Part shown: piece by piece, positions 1 through 51,447 of the stretch
Position numbering within the stretch: position 1 is the stretch's first letter
How the letters are laid out: the number at the start of each line of letters is the position of its first letter
Program-made: the position numbers and the translations under genes
DNA from: Octopus bimaculoides
Lineage: Eukaryota
Reading direction: 5' to 3'
Assembly: GCF_001194135.2 (NCBI RefSeq)
Contig: NC_068984.1
Coordinates: 38,980,795 to 39,044,794, forward strand
DNA length: 64,000 bases
Notes under the pieces: generated by a model
What the model was told of the DNA's origin: nothing
What the model saw: the letters and a program-made list of their open reading frames with translations, nothing else
Databases searched by the model: none

Positions 1-1452
1 ACAGTTATTATATTAATGAAAAACAATACATTAGTATGAAAGATAATATAAAGTATAATTAAATATTCTGATATACTTAAGTTTATCAGAATATTTAATT
101 ATTGTGATGAGTTAATATGAACTGTTTGAGTGGGCAAAATATTCAGCAATCTGCTAATGGTTTGTAAGCTCATATCTGCAGCAAGCATTTCTGTGTTTCT
201 AACAAGGTATTTCATTTTACATCAAGAGTAGGTATTTCATGTTTTCCAGATTCATAAGTAAAAGACTAACCAGTCCTCAAAGTAAGTGTTGACATGCTTA
301 TACGGATGTTGAAGAAAAATAGCTCTTGTTGCAATTGGTTCAAATCATCTCAAGGAATTGCTGAAAAGCTTGAGTGAATATAGACCTTCTACCATTGGTG
401 AATGAAATTTGTTGTCAGCTATGCTAAAAACACCACAACAGAATAAAGAATGTGTCCAGGTTTCTGTGACTAATGCAATTAATTTTAGCTCTTTTAACTA
501 AGAGTTAAAAAGTGAACTTTGTATAAACTTTGGGCATTCAAAAACTAATTTGTATTTGGATTTAAGCCTATCATGATTCATAGGGGATTGTGTATTGTTC
601 TTATTTAGTTTCCTGGAACTTTTCATTGCTGCCCTTTATAGACCAGCTAGCATCCCTTTCTGTGTCTGTTTATTATTGCATAAGCTAAAACTCACATGTG
701 GTGCTATGTCAGAGGCTTATGTAACAGATGTATGTCACTGATATATGCAATGAATTCTGCAGTTATTAGTATTAATAACAGATTATGTAAACTTTGTGGG
801 ACAGTGTGATATGCACCAAATGAATCAACAGAAGAAAAGAGTTATTTCTCAAAGATTTTATTTTCTTGTCAATTTGTTATTAGGAACAGTATACTGTTTC
901 ACAGTGGTAGAGGGGTGCTAGTATTGACATGATTTGCACACTTGATAGTATTTGTGTCAGCTGTTGAAGTTAGAAAGATAAAGGTGTACTAGAAAGAGAA
1001 ATGTGTAGCATCTAAAAGCAAAAGCAAACTGTTCTAGAATATTTGGAGTAGGCATGCTCCCCAGACAAGGTGTCAGGTGAAAAAGAGAGGCATTTTCCTC
1101 CAGCAAATGCTGGATACCAAGAGCAAGGTGCTCTTTCAGTGTGGTGCCAGATGAAAGAGGAAGAATTTTATTTAGTATTCTATATTAATACATGTTGAAA
1201 GTTGGATGCAAGTCAGAGAACAAAAGAAGGTAAATGCATTTATTTCTCTTGAACTGGCTTTAACATTAGATGTTTAGGAAAACAATAAAACTTATTTAAG
1301 TATAACAGTATTAATGCCAAGAACAATGGAAGGGAGTTTACAGAAAAATCTTGATTGAGTTTTTGATTCCTGACTAAGAATCTAGGAAACAATCTTTTTC
1401 ACATATATCAGGTAAACCAGAATGAATTGAATAAACGATTTTTCATGCTTAA

Positions 1453-1657
1453 CCCTTTAGTGTTTAGATTATTCTGTTAAATGTATTCCTTATTTATTTA
1501 TGTTGTTTCGAATTACTCATGCATTATCTCATCTTCAAGATTTTAATGATGTAGTTTATTTTTAGAATGACATTTTAGGGTAAATGTGAGAGGCCAGATC
1601 TGGCCTGTTTGAACATAAAGCAGGTAGAATATTTTGGCTGGTTTAAATGCTAAAGGA
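1453..1657. mobile_element. piggyBac-like MITE (TTAA|CCCTTTAG...CTAAAGGA|TTAA)
   Basis: TTAA-flanked with CCC/GGG-type termini; same family at 49153-49346 and partial copy at 3626-3797. Confidence 0.7.
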
Positions 1658-1804
1658 TTAACTTTATCAGAGGCTGACTGGTATGTGTATATCTAGGTAG
1701 AACTCGAGAAGATTAATCTAACTAGTTTGGGTTTGGATCCCAGTTGACCAAGAAGGAGAATATTTTTTTGAGGATCACAAAGTCCTTGGATGTGTAACAG
1801 TATC

Positions 1805-2048
1805 CAAGAACATTTGTACTGGCAATGCCAGTGCTTGACTACATCGTATGATGGTGCATCATCACCATAAACTTCTTTCATCTCATCGAAAGCCTCTTTT
1901 GGTGTACGACCTTTCAAGCATAAGAACCTGATCACTGATCTGCATTCAACTGCCTCCATTACAACATCTCAGTCCATTTCAGCAATGTAGAGATATGTAT
2001 GATTATACCGGAAGTGGGTCAGGATAAATCTTTAATGAACACCCCTCG
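1805..2048 (-). mobile_element. Mariner 5' fragment (TIR plus HTH coding part)
   Basis: Revcomp begins TA|CGAGGGGTGTTCA; ORF MEAVECRSVIRFLCLKGRTPKEAFDEMKEVYGDDAPSYDVVKHW is a mariner N-terminal HTH. Confidence 0.8.
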
Positions 2049-2208
2049 TAGTTATAATGAATGTATATAAATATCATCTCATGTGTCAGACATTACAGCT
2101 ACCACTGTGATTACATCACAGATCTTTTTAAGCAATTATATACACACAGGTTTCTGTGTATACACACAATACACAAATGCATCCACACGTATATATGTAT
2201 ACATACAT

Positions 2209-2240
<32 letters not shown>

Positions 2241-3885
2241 TACATATACATATGTGTGTGTAATTATCCCTTTAAGAGATTAATATATCCTCTAATTAGC
2301 TTATATAGGCACACAATTTGTCTGCACAGTGAACTGTGTGTATTCCAAAAATATACTTCAGTTTTAGTATATACTACTTTTCTTCTTAACATATATATGT
2401 ATGTAAACAGATTTGTTTGCATATACACTTATACATTATTCAGAAAAATATTTCATTATATCTTATCTGTTTAACGAGCATTCAAATGTGAGGCATTTTC
2501 GTTTTGCTTTTTTTGTGTGTGTGTGTGTTTTGCAGTTGTATAGAAGGATAAACAGGATAAAATTGCCATGGTTTCATTGNNNNNNNNNNNNNNNNNNNNN
2601 NNNNACTATGCAACAAAATTGGTCGCCATTCTAAAATACAGATGTGCCCTGAAAATCACGTCTGCTATTTATGTACTAAACCTGAACTCTTTTCAAAATA
2701 GATGGGTTGAATGCAGTAAATTTCGTATTTCTATCTGCCTTCATTAACTCTTGGAGATCTCAGGTCAAAAATTGGCACACTACGATTCTGTGATGGATGG
2801 GGTCTGAGAAATGGTCCAACTATTAAACTGTCTCTTCAGTGCCTAGTCTGTGTTTTCCATCACCAATGCTGTCAAACATTCTGTTACACATGATATAATT
2901 ACTACTTGTGTATCTGAGGAAATTAGTGATAGACAGGCATTTACTGGCAACACATCAGTTGCAAATAACTACTAAATTTCTAAGCCAGGATGTGAAACCA
3001 AATCCACATTTTACCTAAAAGTTCTCTGTCTACTGGTTTCATCTGTTGCACTAGGAAATTTTGGGCAGAAAACTAACCTCTTAACCTTTTTGAGTGGGTC
3101 AAAGCTTATACAGAGAAAAAATCCTTTGATTGGCCTGACCTAATTTAGTTAGGAAGAATATGAATATGCAACCAAAAGTCAGTTCTTTCTCTTTGGTCCC
3201 TTGGCTGCTGGTCAGAGAGTATCTCTCTTTCTCACTTTGAGTGTGGCCTTTCATTGTGCAACAACACAATTCTTAATCTTTCTATCTACCTAGATTCTCT
3301 TTTTCTCTTTCTAGTAATTACCCACAAATCAAGCTAACTATGCACAGAATGCTGTTTACCACAACAGCTCAAAGTAGTTGTAACTTACTTTGTAACAATT
3401 ACGATGATAAACAAAAGTCCTTTCAACTAACAATTAATATCTTCTCTCATTTATTCGATGCATATTATCGTTACACATGATCATTATAATTACTGACCTC
3501 TGATGTTTATAAACTATTAAGATTGGATCTTACTCTTAACTGTAACAAATTGGTGATGCTAACATGTACACATATACAATGTTGCACTTAACGATTACAA
3601 ATTGGTAATGCCAATGTGCAAATATATTTATTGACAATGCTTTGAATTACTCACGCATTATCTCAACTTAAAGATTTTAATGATGTGGCAGTTTATTTTT
3701 AGAATGACATTTTCGGGTAAATGTGAGAGGCTAGATCTGGCCTGTTTGAACATAAAGCAGGTAGAATATTTTGGCTGGTTTAAATGCTAAAGGATTAACT
3801 TTATCAGAGGCTGACTGGTATGTGTATATCTAGGTAGAACTCGAGAAGATTAATCTAACTAGTCTGGGTTTGGATCCCAGTTGAC

Positions 3886-5488
3886 AGGGTCCCTCGATCC
3901 TTTATCTGGTGGGTGATGCAGAAACTGGAAATTGATGAATGGTTAATAAGGGCTGTACAGGCCCTATACAGAAATGCTATTAGTAAGATTAGGGTTGGCA
4001 ATGAGTATAGTGAAGAATTCCAGGTAGAAGTAGGGATCCACCAAAGATCAGCTCTCAGCCCCCTCTTATTCATCATAGTCCTCCAGGCAATAACAGAAGA
4101 ATTCAAGACAGGTTGCCCTGGGAGCTTCTCTATGCTGATGACCTGGCCCTCATAGCAGAATCACTACCAGAACTAGAGAAGAAATTTCAGGTGTGGAAGC
4201 AAGGTTTAAAGTCGAAGGGCCTTAGAGTTAATGTTGCAAAGACCAAAGTTCTAGTAAGTAGGAAGGTGAACACATCACACACTCCTTAAAGTAGGTGGCC
4301 CTGCTCGATCTGTAGAAAAGGTGTAGGTAGAAACTCCATAAGATAGGTGCAGCAACATCAAAACAAGATTAATGGAAGATAGCTTTCGTGTGCAGCAGAT
4401 GCACAGGGGCAATAAACACCACAGACGCTCAGAAAATTGATTCCATCACATGCTAGGGGGAAAAACTAAAAGTAGTTGATAGCTTCCACTACCTAGGTGA
4501 CTAAGTCTGTAGTGGGGGTGGATGCTCTGAGAGCATTGCCACTAGAATAAGAATTGCCTGGGCAAAGTTCAGACAGCTTCTACCCCTGCTGGTGACAAAG
4601 GGCCTCTCACTCAGAATGGAAGGTAGATTGTACGATGCATGTGTGCAAACTACCATGCTTCATGGCAGTGGAACATGGGCAGTGACTGCTAAAGACATGC
4701 ATAGGCTCGAAAGAAATGAAGCTAGCATGATCCGCTGAATGTGTAATGTCAGTGTGCACACACAACAGAGTGTAAGTGCTCTGAGAGAAATGTTGGACAT
4801 AAGTAGCATTGGATGTGGCGTGTAAGAGAGACGTTTGCGTTGGTATGATCATGTACTACGGATGGATGAGGAGAGCTGTGTGAAGTGCCACTCCCAAACA
4901 GTGGAAGGAATCCAGGGTAGAAGGAGACCCAGGAAGACATGGGATGCGGTGGTCAAGCATGACCTTCAAACGTTGGGCCTCTGTGAGGCAATGGCAAACG
5001 ACCAAGACCTCTGGAGATATGCTGTGACTGCAAAGACCCGACAAATAAAGTGAGTTCACGCCTGTATCCTACACTAGTGTTGCATAACCAGCCCACTCAA
5101 AATGTACCTTTGGATTGGAGGATGATATGCTGTGCTTGAGGAGACCTAGTGACTCAAGTACACCAAATCACAATCAAATGGAAATTGTAGTTGCGGTCCC
5201 TGTACCAGTGGCATGCAAAAAGCACCATCCGAATGTGGCCGATGCCAGCCTCGCCCCTGTGCCAGTGGCATGTAAAACGCACCATCCGATTGTGGTCGAT
5301 GCCAGTCCCCTCTGGCCCGTAGAAAGCACCCACTACATTCTCGGAGTGGTTGGCATCCAGCTGTAAAAGCACTGCCAGATCAGACTGGAGCCTGGTGCAG
5401 CCTCCTGGCTTCTCAGACTCCAGTCGAACTGTCCAACCCATGCCAGCATGGAAAACAGATGTTAAACGATGATGATGATGATGATGAT
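3886..5488 (+). mobile_element. 5'-truncated RTE-clade LINE with 3'UTR and (GAT)n tail
   Basis: RT fragments (GIHQRSALSPLLFIIVLQAITEEFKTG; RWYDHVLRMDEE...GRRRPRKTW); tail ccaacccatgccagcatggaaaac...(GAT)n. Confidence 0.9.
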
Positions 5489-6877
5489 ACTTTATATCAA
5501 CATACAGAATCAAATTTGAGGAAAACTTCAGGGAATATAGTTATATACGCAAGGCTGCACTCTTTATTTTCTTTAAGAAAAACTTCTTTTATTCCAGAAA
5601 ATGTGATATAATAGATGTTTTACAAAGAATTATAGTTGCATATAAACGAGACAGCAATCTAATTTATCAGCCCTACATCACATTGAAATTAACAGCTCAT
5701 GATTATTGTTTTTCCAATTAGTTTTCTTCACTCAAAGTGAACCAATTTTCACATTCATAACTAGTATAACATTTTATATATACACTTTCTTCCAAACCAA
5801 CTTAAAAAAAAGCTATAGGTCACCAGCTGCTGAAAAATAGAAATATTTGCTGGCAGAAAATAAGCAGGTCTTGCATACTATATTGAGATCTTGGGGGTAG
5901 CCAGTGAAGATCTATTTGATAAAACATATGCATATATATATTTAGGGAACTATTTTGTGTCTTTCTTGTTCACCTGTCTTTTGTACATTTTAAATCTTCT
6001 TTGTTACTGTGACCTGACCCCAGTTCCAATAATAACCTCAATATTTAAATGTGATGTGATCTAAGCATAATGGTCTTCCAGAAAGCAGAACTTAATGTGA
6101 TTTACAATGTTTTCAAATAAAGTATAGCAATATCATCTCTTTTATGAATACAGTATAGCTCAGTCTTCATAACTAGTTGAAAGCTTTTGAAATTTTCTGT
6201 TATATCTTTTGCAAAAAGGTTTGATCTGACAATCAAAAGTCAGAATTAGTGTTACATTATGATAGAGTAATTTTGACATTTTAGTATATACATATATACA
6301 TGTACTATTGCATTCACTTTTAGTATTCTTTTTATCAATAGTATATAGTATTAATTATTATTCATCAAAAAACAGTACATTTAATGACTGACACTCCACT
6401 GTACTATTAAATATTTGATAAAAGGAGTGAAATGAAGCTGACTCATGAATAATTACAAAAATGATACTTTATAGTTTACATAGTAATCTATATACATTTT
6501 GAGCTGACTAGAATTAAAATAATAAAAAAATAAACTAGAATTTTATAAGGTTGCAATATAGAAAAATTATTAAAAGGAAACTAAACAAAATTAAAAATTT
6601 AATATAAAATTGAAAGTTCATAATGAATAAGTTTAAGGCAGTATACACAATAACAAGGATATTTTATAGCAAAAATATATTAGTTATCATGTAGTAACTA
6701 TTAAAATGTTGGTGCTAAAGTATGTTGTTGCTGAAGTAAGCTAAGCTGATAGTCACTAACCAAATATTTGTTAACATATTTTTAGTTTAACTTTGGTAAA
6801 ATAGTTTCTTCTGTAACACTGCATTGCCTTTGTTATACTATATAAAAATATTAATTTAAAATCTATGACATGACTGT

Positions 6878-7607
6878 ATAGTTAAGAAGCTTGTTTTCCA
6901 ACAATGTGGTTTTGGGTTCAGTCTCTGTGTAGCACTTTAAGCATGCATTTTCTTCTATTAATCCAGACTGACCGAAGCCTTGTGAATGAATTTGTTACAC
7001 AGAAACTGAAGGAAGTCTGTCTTCTAAGTGTGTGTGTGTGCATGTTTTCCCCTTGTCTTGACATCACATGATCGTTGTAAGCAAGTATCACCACGAAGTA
7101 GTTGTATGCTGTCAACTTAATGTGACAGTCCCCTGAAGGGAATAATACTACTGTTGGTTAGACCTAGGAAGCTGCACTGCTTCCTGTCGGCCTTGATACA
7201 TTTCCTGTGTCCTTATGTTTACAAGGGGAAGACAAGCACCTCCACCCTTGTAGACATAAGGACACAGGAAATGTGTCAAGGCTGATAAGAAGCGGTGCAA
7301 CCAACAGTAATATTATTCCCTTCAGGGGACTGTCACATTAAGTTGACAGCATACAACTACTTCATTGTATCACTACTGCATAAATCTCTCTGAGAGATTT
7401 AGAAATGTATTATTTCTAAAAGTATCACCACATTGCTCATGTCCAATCTTCTATGAAAAACACATTTGGTCACGGGGAAATAGTACCTTGCTTGGAAGCA
7501 GATAAAGGTTAGTGACAAGAAGAGTATTGGGCTGTAGAAATCTAACTAAATGAATCCTGACTGGCCCACACAAGCATAGAAAAGTGGATATTATAATGAT
7601 GATGATG
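6878..7607 (+). mobile_element. tRNA-headed bipartite SINE with RTE-type (GAT)n tail, interrupted by foldback insertion
   Basis: Head/body similar to copies at 26847 and 43997; tail resumes after 7431. Confidence 0.65.
7095..7419. repeat. Foldback insertion: ~125-bp inverted arms (7095-7227 / 7245-7363) plus 56-bp tail, 12-bp direct repeat AAGTATCACCAC on both sides
   Basis: Arms read as reverse complements apart from a few mismatches and one 13-nt bulge; flanking repeat at 7083-7094 and 7420-7431. Confidence 0.85.
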
Positions 7608-9208
7608 AATATGTTGTCAGTCAAGTCAATCAATTTGTACAATAATTGAGAAATAGTGGAGATAATGTAGAGAATATTTCACAACTAATTTACATTAAGA
7701 AAAAAGCAGAGTTGCTGTCGAGTTTTATTTGAAACTTGGGTTCTTAACTGCAGAAAGTACATGCAGTTGTGAAAAGATAAGTCTCAACATTATGCAAATA
7801 ACCAAATATTAAAAATGCTTCCCTCTTATGCTAACATTGATATACAAACAGAACAGTATATGAAGTAGAAAATAATTGCCCTATTTCAAACCATATTGAA
7901 AATGTATACTGGTGATTACCAAACAAAGAAATGCAAAAGAAGAAAAGTTACAGGAAATAAACTAAAACAGGTTTTCCTCAATGAATTATTTCAAATAATT
8001 AAAACAGTGTAATATTAAAAATGACAAAGCAAGAGTAACACAGCAACACATAATTGTACCAGTTTTGTTGTTAGGAAAAAAAAAAAACCCAAACATACAC
8101 CAAAAATTTAGAGAAGAAAAAATTTTATGAAGCAATGTGTTATATGTTGGACACTTTTAATTGAAAGACGAATATATAGTTCTTTAATTGGTTTGAACAA
8201 TTGTGGGGCTGGTCATGCTGGAGCACCACCACAAATACATGAATAAATTATAAAACACGACTATTTAGCTGAAAATAATGCAACGATGAAATATGACATG
8301 ATAAATTGATTTCACTGGTTAAACATTTTCAACGTAAAACTAGTAATGTTTCACATTTGAGTTTGTATTATAGCTTCAAAATTATAAATGTATATAGCTT
8401 TCTAAAGAAACAAAGCCTTAAGAAAGGAAATTCAAACTACATCATTGTAATTTTATATATGAACGAGTGTATGTGCATGTGTGTGTAAGAGAGAGATGGT
8501 TAAGTAAACAAGTTCAGAAAAAGCTTTTGTGTTTGCAAATAGTTTTAAACTGAAACCTTTAAAGTTTTAACTTAATTTTCAGAACATAAGGTTTCTGTAC
8601 AAGTAGCATTCATTAAAAATAAGAGATTAACGAGCAAAAGCTAATGTAAATAGAATAAGGCATTCAGGTGTTTACCTATGAATTATTGAGAGTTCATTTT
8701 TCACATCAAATTATAAGTAATGCTTAACTGGAATTATATGTTGAGGCTGATATTGGTGCTGCTTATTAAAGTGTTGTCTCACAATTCTTTCAGAAATAGT
8801 TTCTAAAGAATGCCTAGGAAGAAAAATGAAGTAAAATTTGCTAATAATACCAAGTTTTATCTTCCTTTTTTTGAAATTTATAAATAGTATAAGTCACTGA
8901 TAGATCTAATGGTCAGATTTCATAGAAAAAAATAAATAGTTCGGAATCCATATAAAAGTTTGGGTATATTTAGAGACGAGCAATGGGAAAGACAAGGGTC
9001 TTGCATAGAAAATTAAAGGAGCAAATGGAAAAAAAACATTCTTGTAATATATGTGTGTGTGTATTTATATCCAAGTTAACATAGATATCTTGTTAGAGCA
9101 CCAAATACAAGGCTTAATAATGATGTATTCAGTGTAGTAAGAAGGCATCCATATTTAGCTGGATATAAAGATTATCTTTTGGCATTAATACTGCTTCTGT
9201 CACTCATA

Positions 9209-9253
<45 letters not shown>

Positions 9254-9284
9254 NNNNNNNNNNNNNNNNNNNNNNNATATATAC

Positions 9285-9318
<34 letters not shown>

Positions 9319-9881
9319 TTCGACTGGGTGAAACCTAATGACATTTGAGGACAAAATTAGGGAGGGGAGTTAATTATTTAATTACTGTAAGGCTTGACGA
9401 ATTAAACTTTAATATTCAGAGCCGATTCATGCACAACAACGTGGCTCAGCCTGCAATGTAGATATCACAAGCAGATAACATAAAATATTGTTGCTGATTG
9501 GGTTTTACAAGTTTATTCTTTTACTAATCCTAATCTACAGATATTCACAAGGTATTTTAAGGATTGAAGCTGCAGTCACATCATTGGCAAATATAATGCA
9601 CATAATCTGTGGTAGTGCTGAAAAGGACTTTCATCCACTCAAGAGAGGCATGTGTATGAGTGTATGTGCATGCATATATACACACAATACACACACCATG
9701 TTTTCAAAGCTGAGTCAACACAAGTCTCTATTCAGAGTTATCCCTTGAATGGAGAATAAGAACAAGAAACTGAGTAGTAACTGGTGCAAACTCAACTTTG
9801 AACTAATTGATTCTACTCTCCTTTAAAAGATACGTTTTTCATACCAGTGTGAACCCATAACCATGTATATATAACAGACAG

Positions 9882-9915
<34 letters not shown>

Positions 9916-10334
9916 ATGAGATGGTACAGAATATAAAATAAAGCAATATAAATAGACAAAGAAATAGAATATTGTCGAGAAACATTTTAATAAAACAACA
10001 ACATGCTTTCCCAATATTTCCTGAGTATTATTTAAGGAATCAAACTTGTTGCAGAGCACATTTATTCTGGCACCTATCAACTTAGACCACTTTCTAATAT
10101 TTTGGTTGGTCAGCCATTCCTTTATATAGGACAATCTTGGCTCATAGATTCTTTTGGTAAGACTACAGAAGAGTCTCCTATAAGACAGAAATTTAGGAGG
10201 AAAAATAAGTGAGGAAAACAAGATTGTTGAATTCGAATTAATAATTCTTTGTGTTTGCTATAAAAAAGTACTTTTCTGTTTGGAAGAAATTTTTCTAGCA
10301 GTGTAAAGATTATATTAAATGTTTAGCACTAGTG

Positions 10335-48855
<38,521 letters not shown>

Positions 48856-49152
48856 CTGAAATAAAAAAACAAAACACAAAATAGTAAAATATATGAGAGC
48901 ATTTGTAAAACATCAATTTTGAAAATTTTGCTGTTATCTGTGTTAACATTTAAATAAATTTCCTTTCATATCAAACTATATTCTCACAATGCCACCATGT
49001 TCATAGGGACTACAAGTGCTTTGTTTCATTTGTAGACAGGACATCTATTACATGTATTAATTCACCAAGGTGTGTGGAGTAAATATCACATCTTTTGACA
49101 AACGTTTGTTCAATATGATACCAAACTAAAGGAAGATTCTTAATTACTTTAA

Positions 49153-49346
49153 CCCTTTAGCATTCAGATTACTCTGTCAAATGTAATACTTATTTATTCA
49201 CATTGTTTTGAATTAGTTATGCATTATCTTGTAGCTTCAAGATAATGACATTGTAAGGTAGGTTGTAAGAGCCTAGATCTGGCCAGTTTAAACATAAAAT
49301 AGGTAGAATATTTGAGCTGGATATGGCTGCTTTAAATGCTAAAGGG
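49153..49346. mobile_element. piggyBac-like MITE
   Basis: TTAA|CCCTTTAGCATT...AATGCTAAAGGG|TTAA. Confidence 0.85.
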
Positions 49347-50287
49347 TTAATAATGCTTCAGAAACCAGAGCTCAGCACTAATTATGTTAATGACTTTATA
49401 GTTTGTAAAAGTACCAAGAGAATTCAGCCTTAGTTTATTGTAAATAGGTTTGCAATTAATGGGGGGGGGGGAATTGTGGAAGAAACAGGTTTCTGTAACA
49501 ATTTAAAACCTTAAGTAAATGAAATAGTGTACTCAATTTGACATTTTTGTAATAAACATTCATAAGAGAAAAAGTGTTAAAAAATTTTGCTATGAAGGTC
49601 AGAAGGATAATAACTATCCAAAATGCAGACATAGAATGTCTGGTAGTCTAAAGTGGCTCAGAATAAGTATAATGTAGATTAATTATAGTACAGTGAAAAA
49701 TATGAACTTGTCAAGGTAATTTTAGAGGTCTACAAAAAAAAAAAAAGGAATAGTATAAAATTAGAAAAGTATTTTAACTATGACACACACACACACACAC
49801 ACACATACACTTTGACCATAATTGCTTTATTTATACTTTTCATTCCTATATTAACTTTTCTTATGAGAAGAAAGTTGGATAAGCCTGGCATTTACATGTG
49901 AAAAATTGAGAAATATTTTAGGTCAATGACAGAATCAATTATTAAATATTCCTTTGATTTCAAATTGTTCTGATTTATGTACATAGTTGCAGATAATCAA
50001 CAGAATAATGCAAAATAAATTCATACAAGCTTCACAACACTGGAAAACAACCCAGTCTTGAAATTTAGCAGTCAGGAATGAACCTGATTTGTAGAATGCT
50101 AGCACTTCAATCAAAATATGCTGAACAAATATGAAATTCATAGAAAAAAAATTAACTTTTAGTGTGGGTAAATCAATTATCTTGGCCTAGTGTACAACTG
50201 GTATATATTTTAATGACATTGAATGGATGAAAGGCAAAGTCAACCCTGGCAGAATTTGAATTCAGAATGTACAATTAGAAGAAATGC

Positions 50288-50521
50288 TTATTTCTTTATT
50301 GCCCACAAGAGGCTAAACATAGAGGGGACAAACAAGGACAGACAAAGGGATTAAGTTGATTACATCAATCCCAGTGCGTAACTGGTACTTAGTTTATCGA
50401 CCTCAAAAGGATGAAAGGCAAAGTTGACCTCGGCGGAATTTGAACTCAGAATTTAACAGCAGATGAAATACCACTAAGCATTTCGCCCGGCATGCTAATA
50501 TTTCTGCCAGCTCGCCGCCTT
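50288..50521 (-). mobile_element. Young full-length tRNA-headed SINE with 8-bp TSD, inserted in an older copy of the same family
   Basis: Head AAGGCGGCGAGCTGGCAGAA; tail AATAAAGAAATAA; AGAAATGC at 50280-50287 and 50522-50529. Confidence 0.85.
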
Positions 50522-51283
50522 AGAAATGCCATTAAGCATTTTGCCTTAAAATGCATAGATACTGAATAATTTCAAACTTAATACATTAATGCTGATAGTC
50601 CATCTAGACAATATAATTCAGAATCAAAAACTCAACTGCAAAGATGTTTCAGTTGACTTTTGAATGATCTCTCTTATAACCTTTGGCCATCTCAATGATG
50701 TAGTTTACAACCTTAGTTCGTCTCAATGAACAATCTTAAACACTTATGTCACCACTTTGCCTGCCAAACGCATTTTGCATCATATTTTCTTTTGTATCTT
50801 TGTGACAAAGTATGTTTTAAACAAATTTTTTAAAACCATATATATGCTCTAGTTCACTAGATAAATTACCACATTGATTTATAGCATGGCTATCACTGCT
50901 GACTCCTGTAGTGCAGAATGAATATTATACTCATTCTGCAATGCATAGAGTCACTGGTGACAGCATGCTAAAAAGTGTTAAAATGTTTATTTTACCTCCA
51001 TTTATAGATATTTTCATTTATTTATGATTTTTTAAAAATGTGTTGTATTTCAGCCTATGTTATACAAGCTTTAGTGATTTCTTTTTTCACAAAAGTTGTT
51101 TTATGAAAAGCAACACTCCAATGAAAGAGATGAGAGTAACTTGCACTCTTCTGATATTTTGATGATTTCAATGTCTCTGCAATTGAAAACAATCCCAGAA
51201 ATACAAAGAAACATGTATTCTGCACATTTCCTAAAATTCAAACACTGTAGTTTCAGTCATATACACACATACATATATATATA

Positions 51284-51447
51284 CGATAGGCTTCTTTCAG
51301 TTTCCGTCTACGAAATCCACTCACAAGGCTTTGGTCGGCCCGAGGCTAAAGTAGAAGACACTTGCCTAAGGTGTCACGCAGTGGAACTAAACCCGGAACC
51401 ATGTGGTTCGTAAGCAAGCGACTTACCACACAGCCACTCCTACGCCT
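51284..51447 (-). mobile_element. tRNA-headed SINE head (AGGCGTAGGAGTGGCTGTGTGGTAAG)
   Basis: A/B-box-like head of the same family as 26847. Confidence 0.8.

Noticed and set aside
1702-1740. Cluster of XhoI, AseI, SpeI and BamHI sites resembling a vector polylinker (also at about 3839-3877)
   Set aside because: Order and spacing do not match a polylinker I know, and the two copies differ by a substitution; likely chance.
2061-2634. ORFs rich in Y/I/H/T/C (also 47561-47945, 58404-58671, 59723-60077)
   Set aside because: These are translations of (TA)n, (CA)n and (TG)n microsatellites.
9541-9647. Possible plus-strand exon (YSQGILRIEAAV...) downstream of YME1L1
   Set aside because: The acceptor is plausible but there is no GT donor, no partner exons and no recognisable homology.
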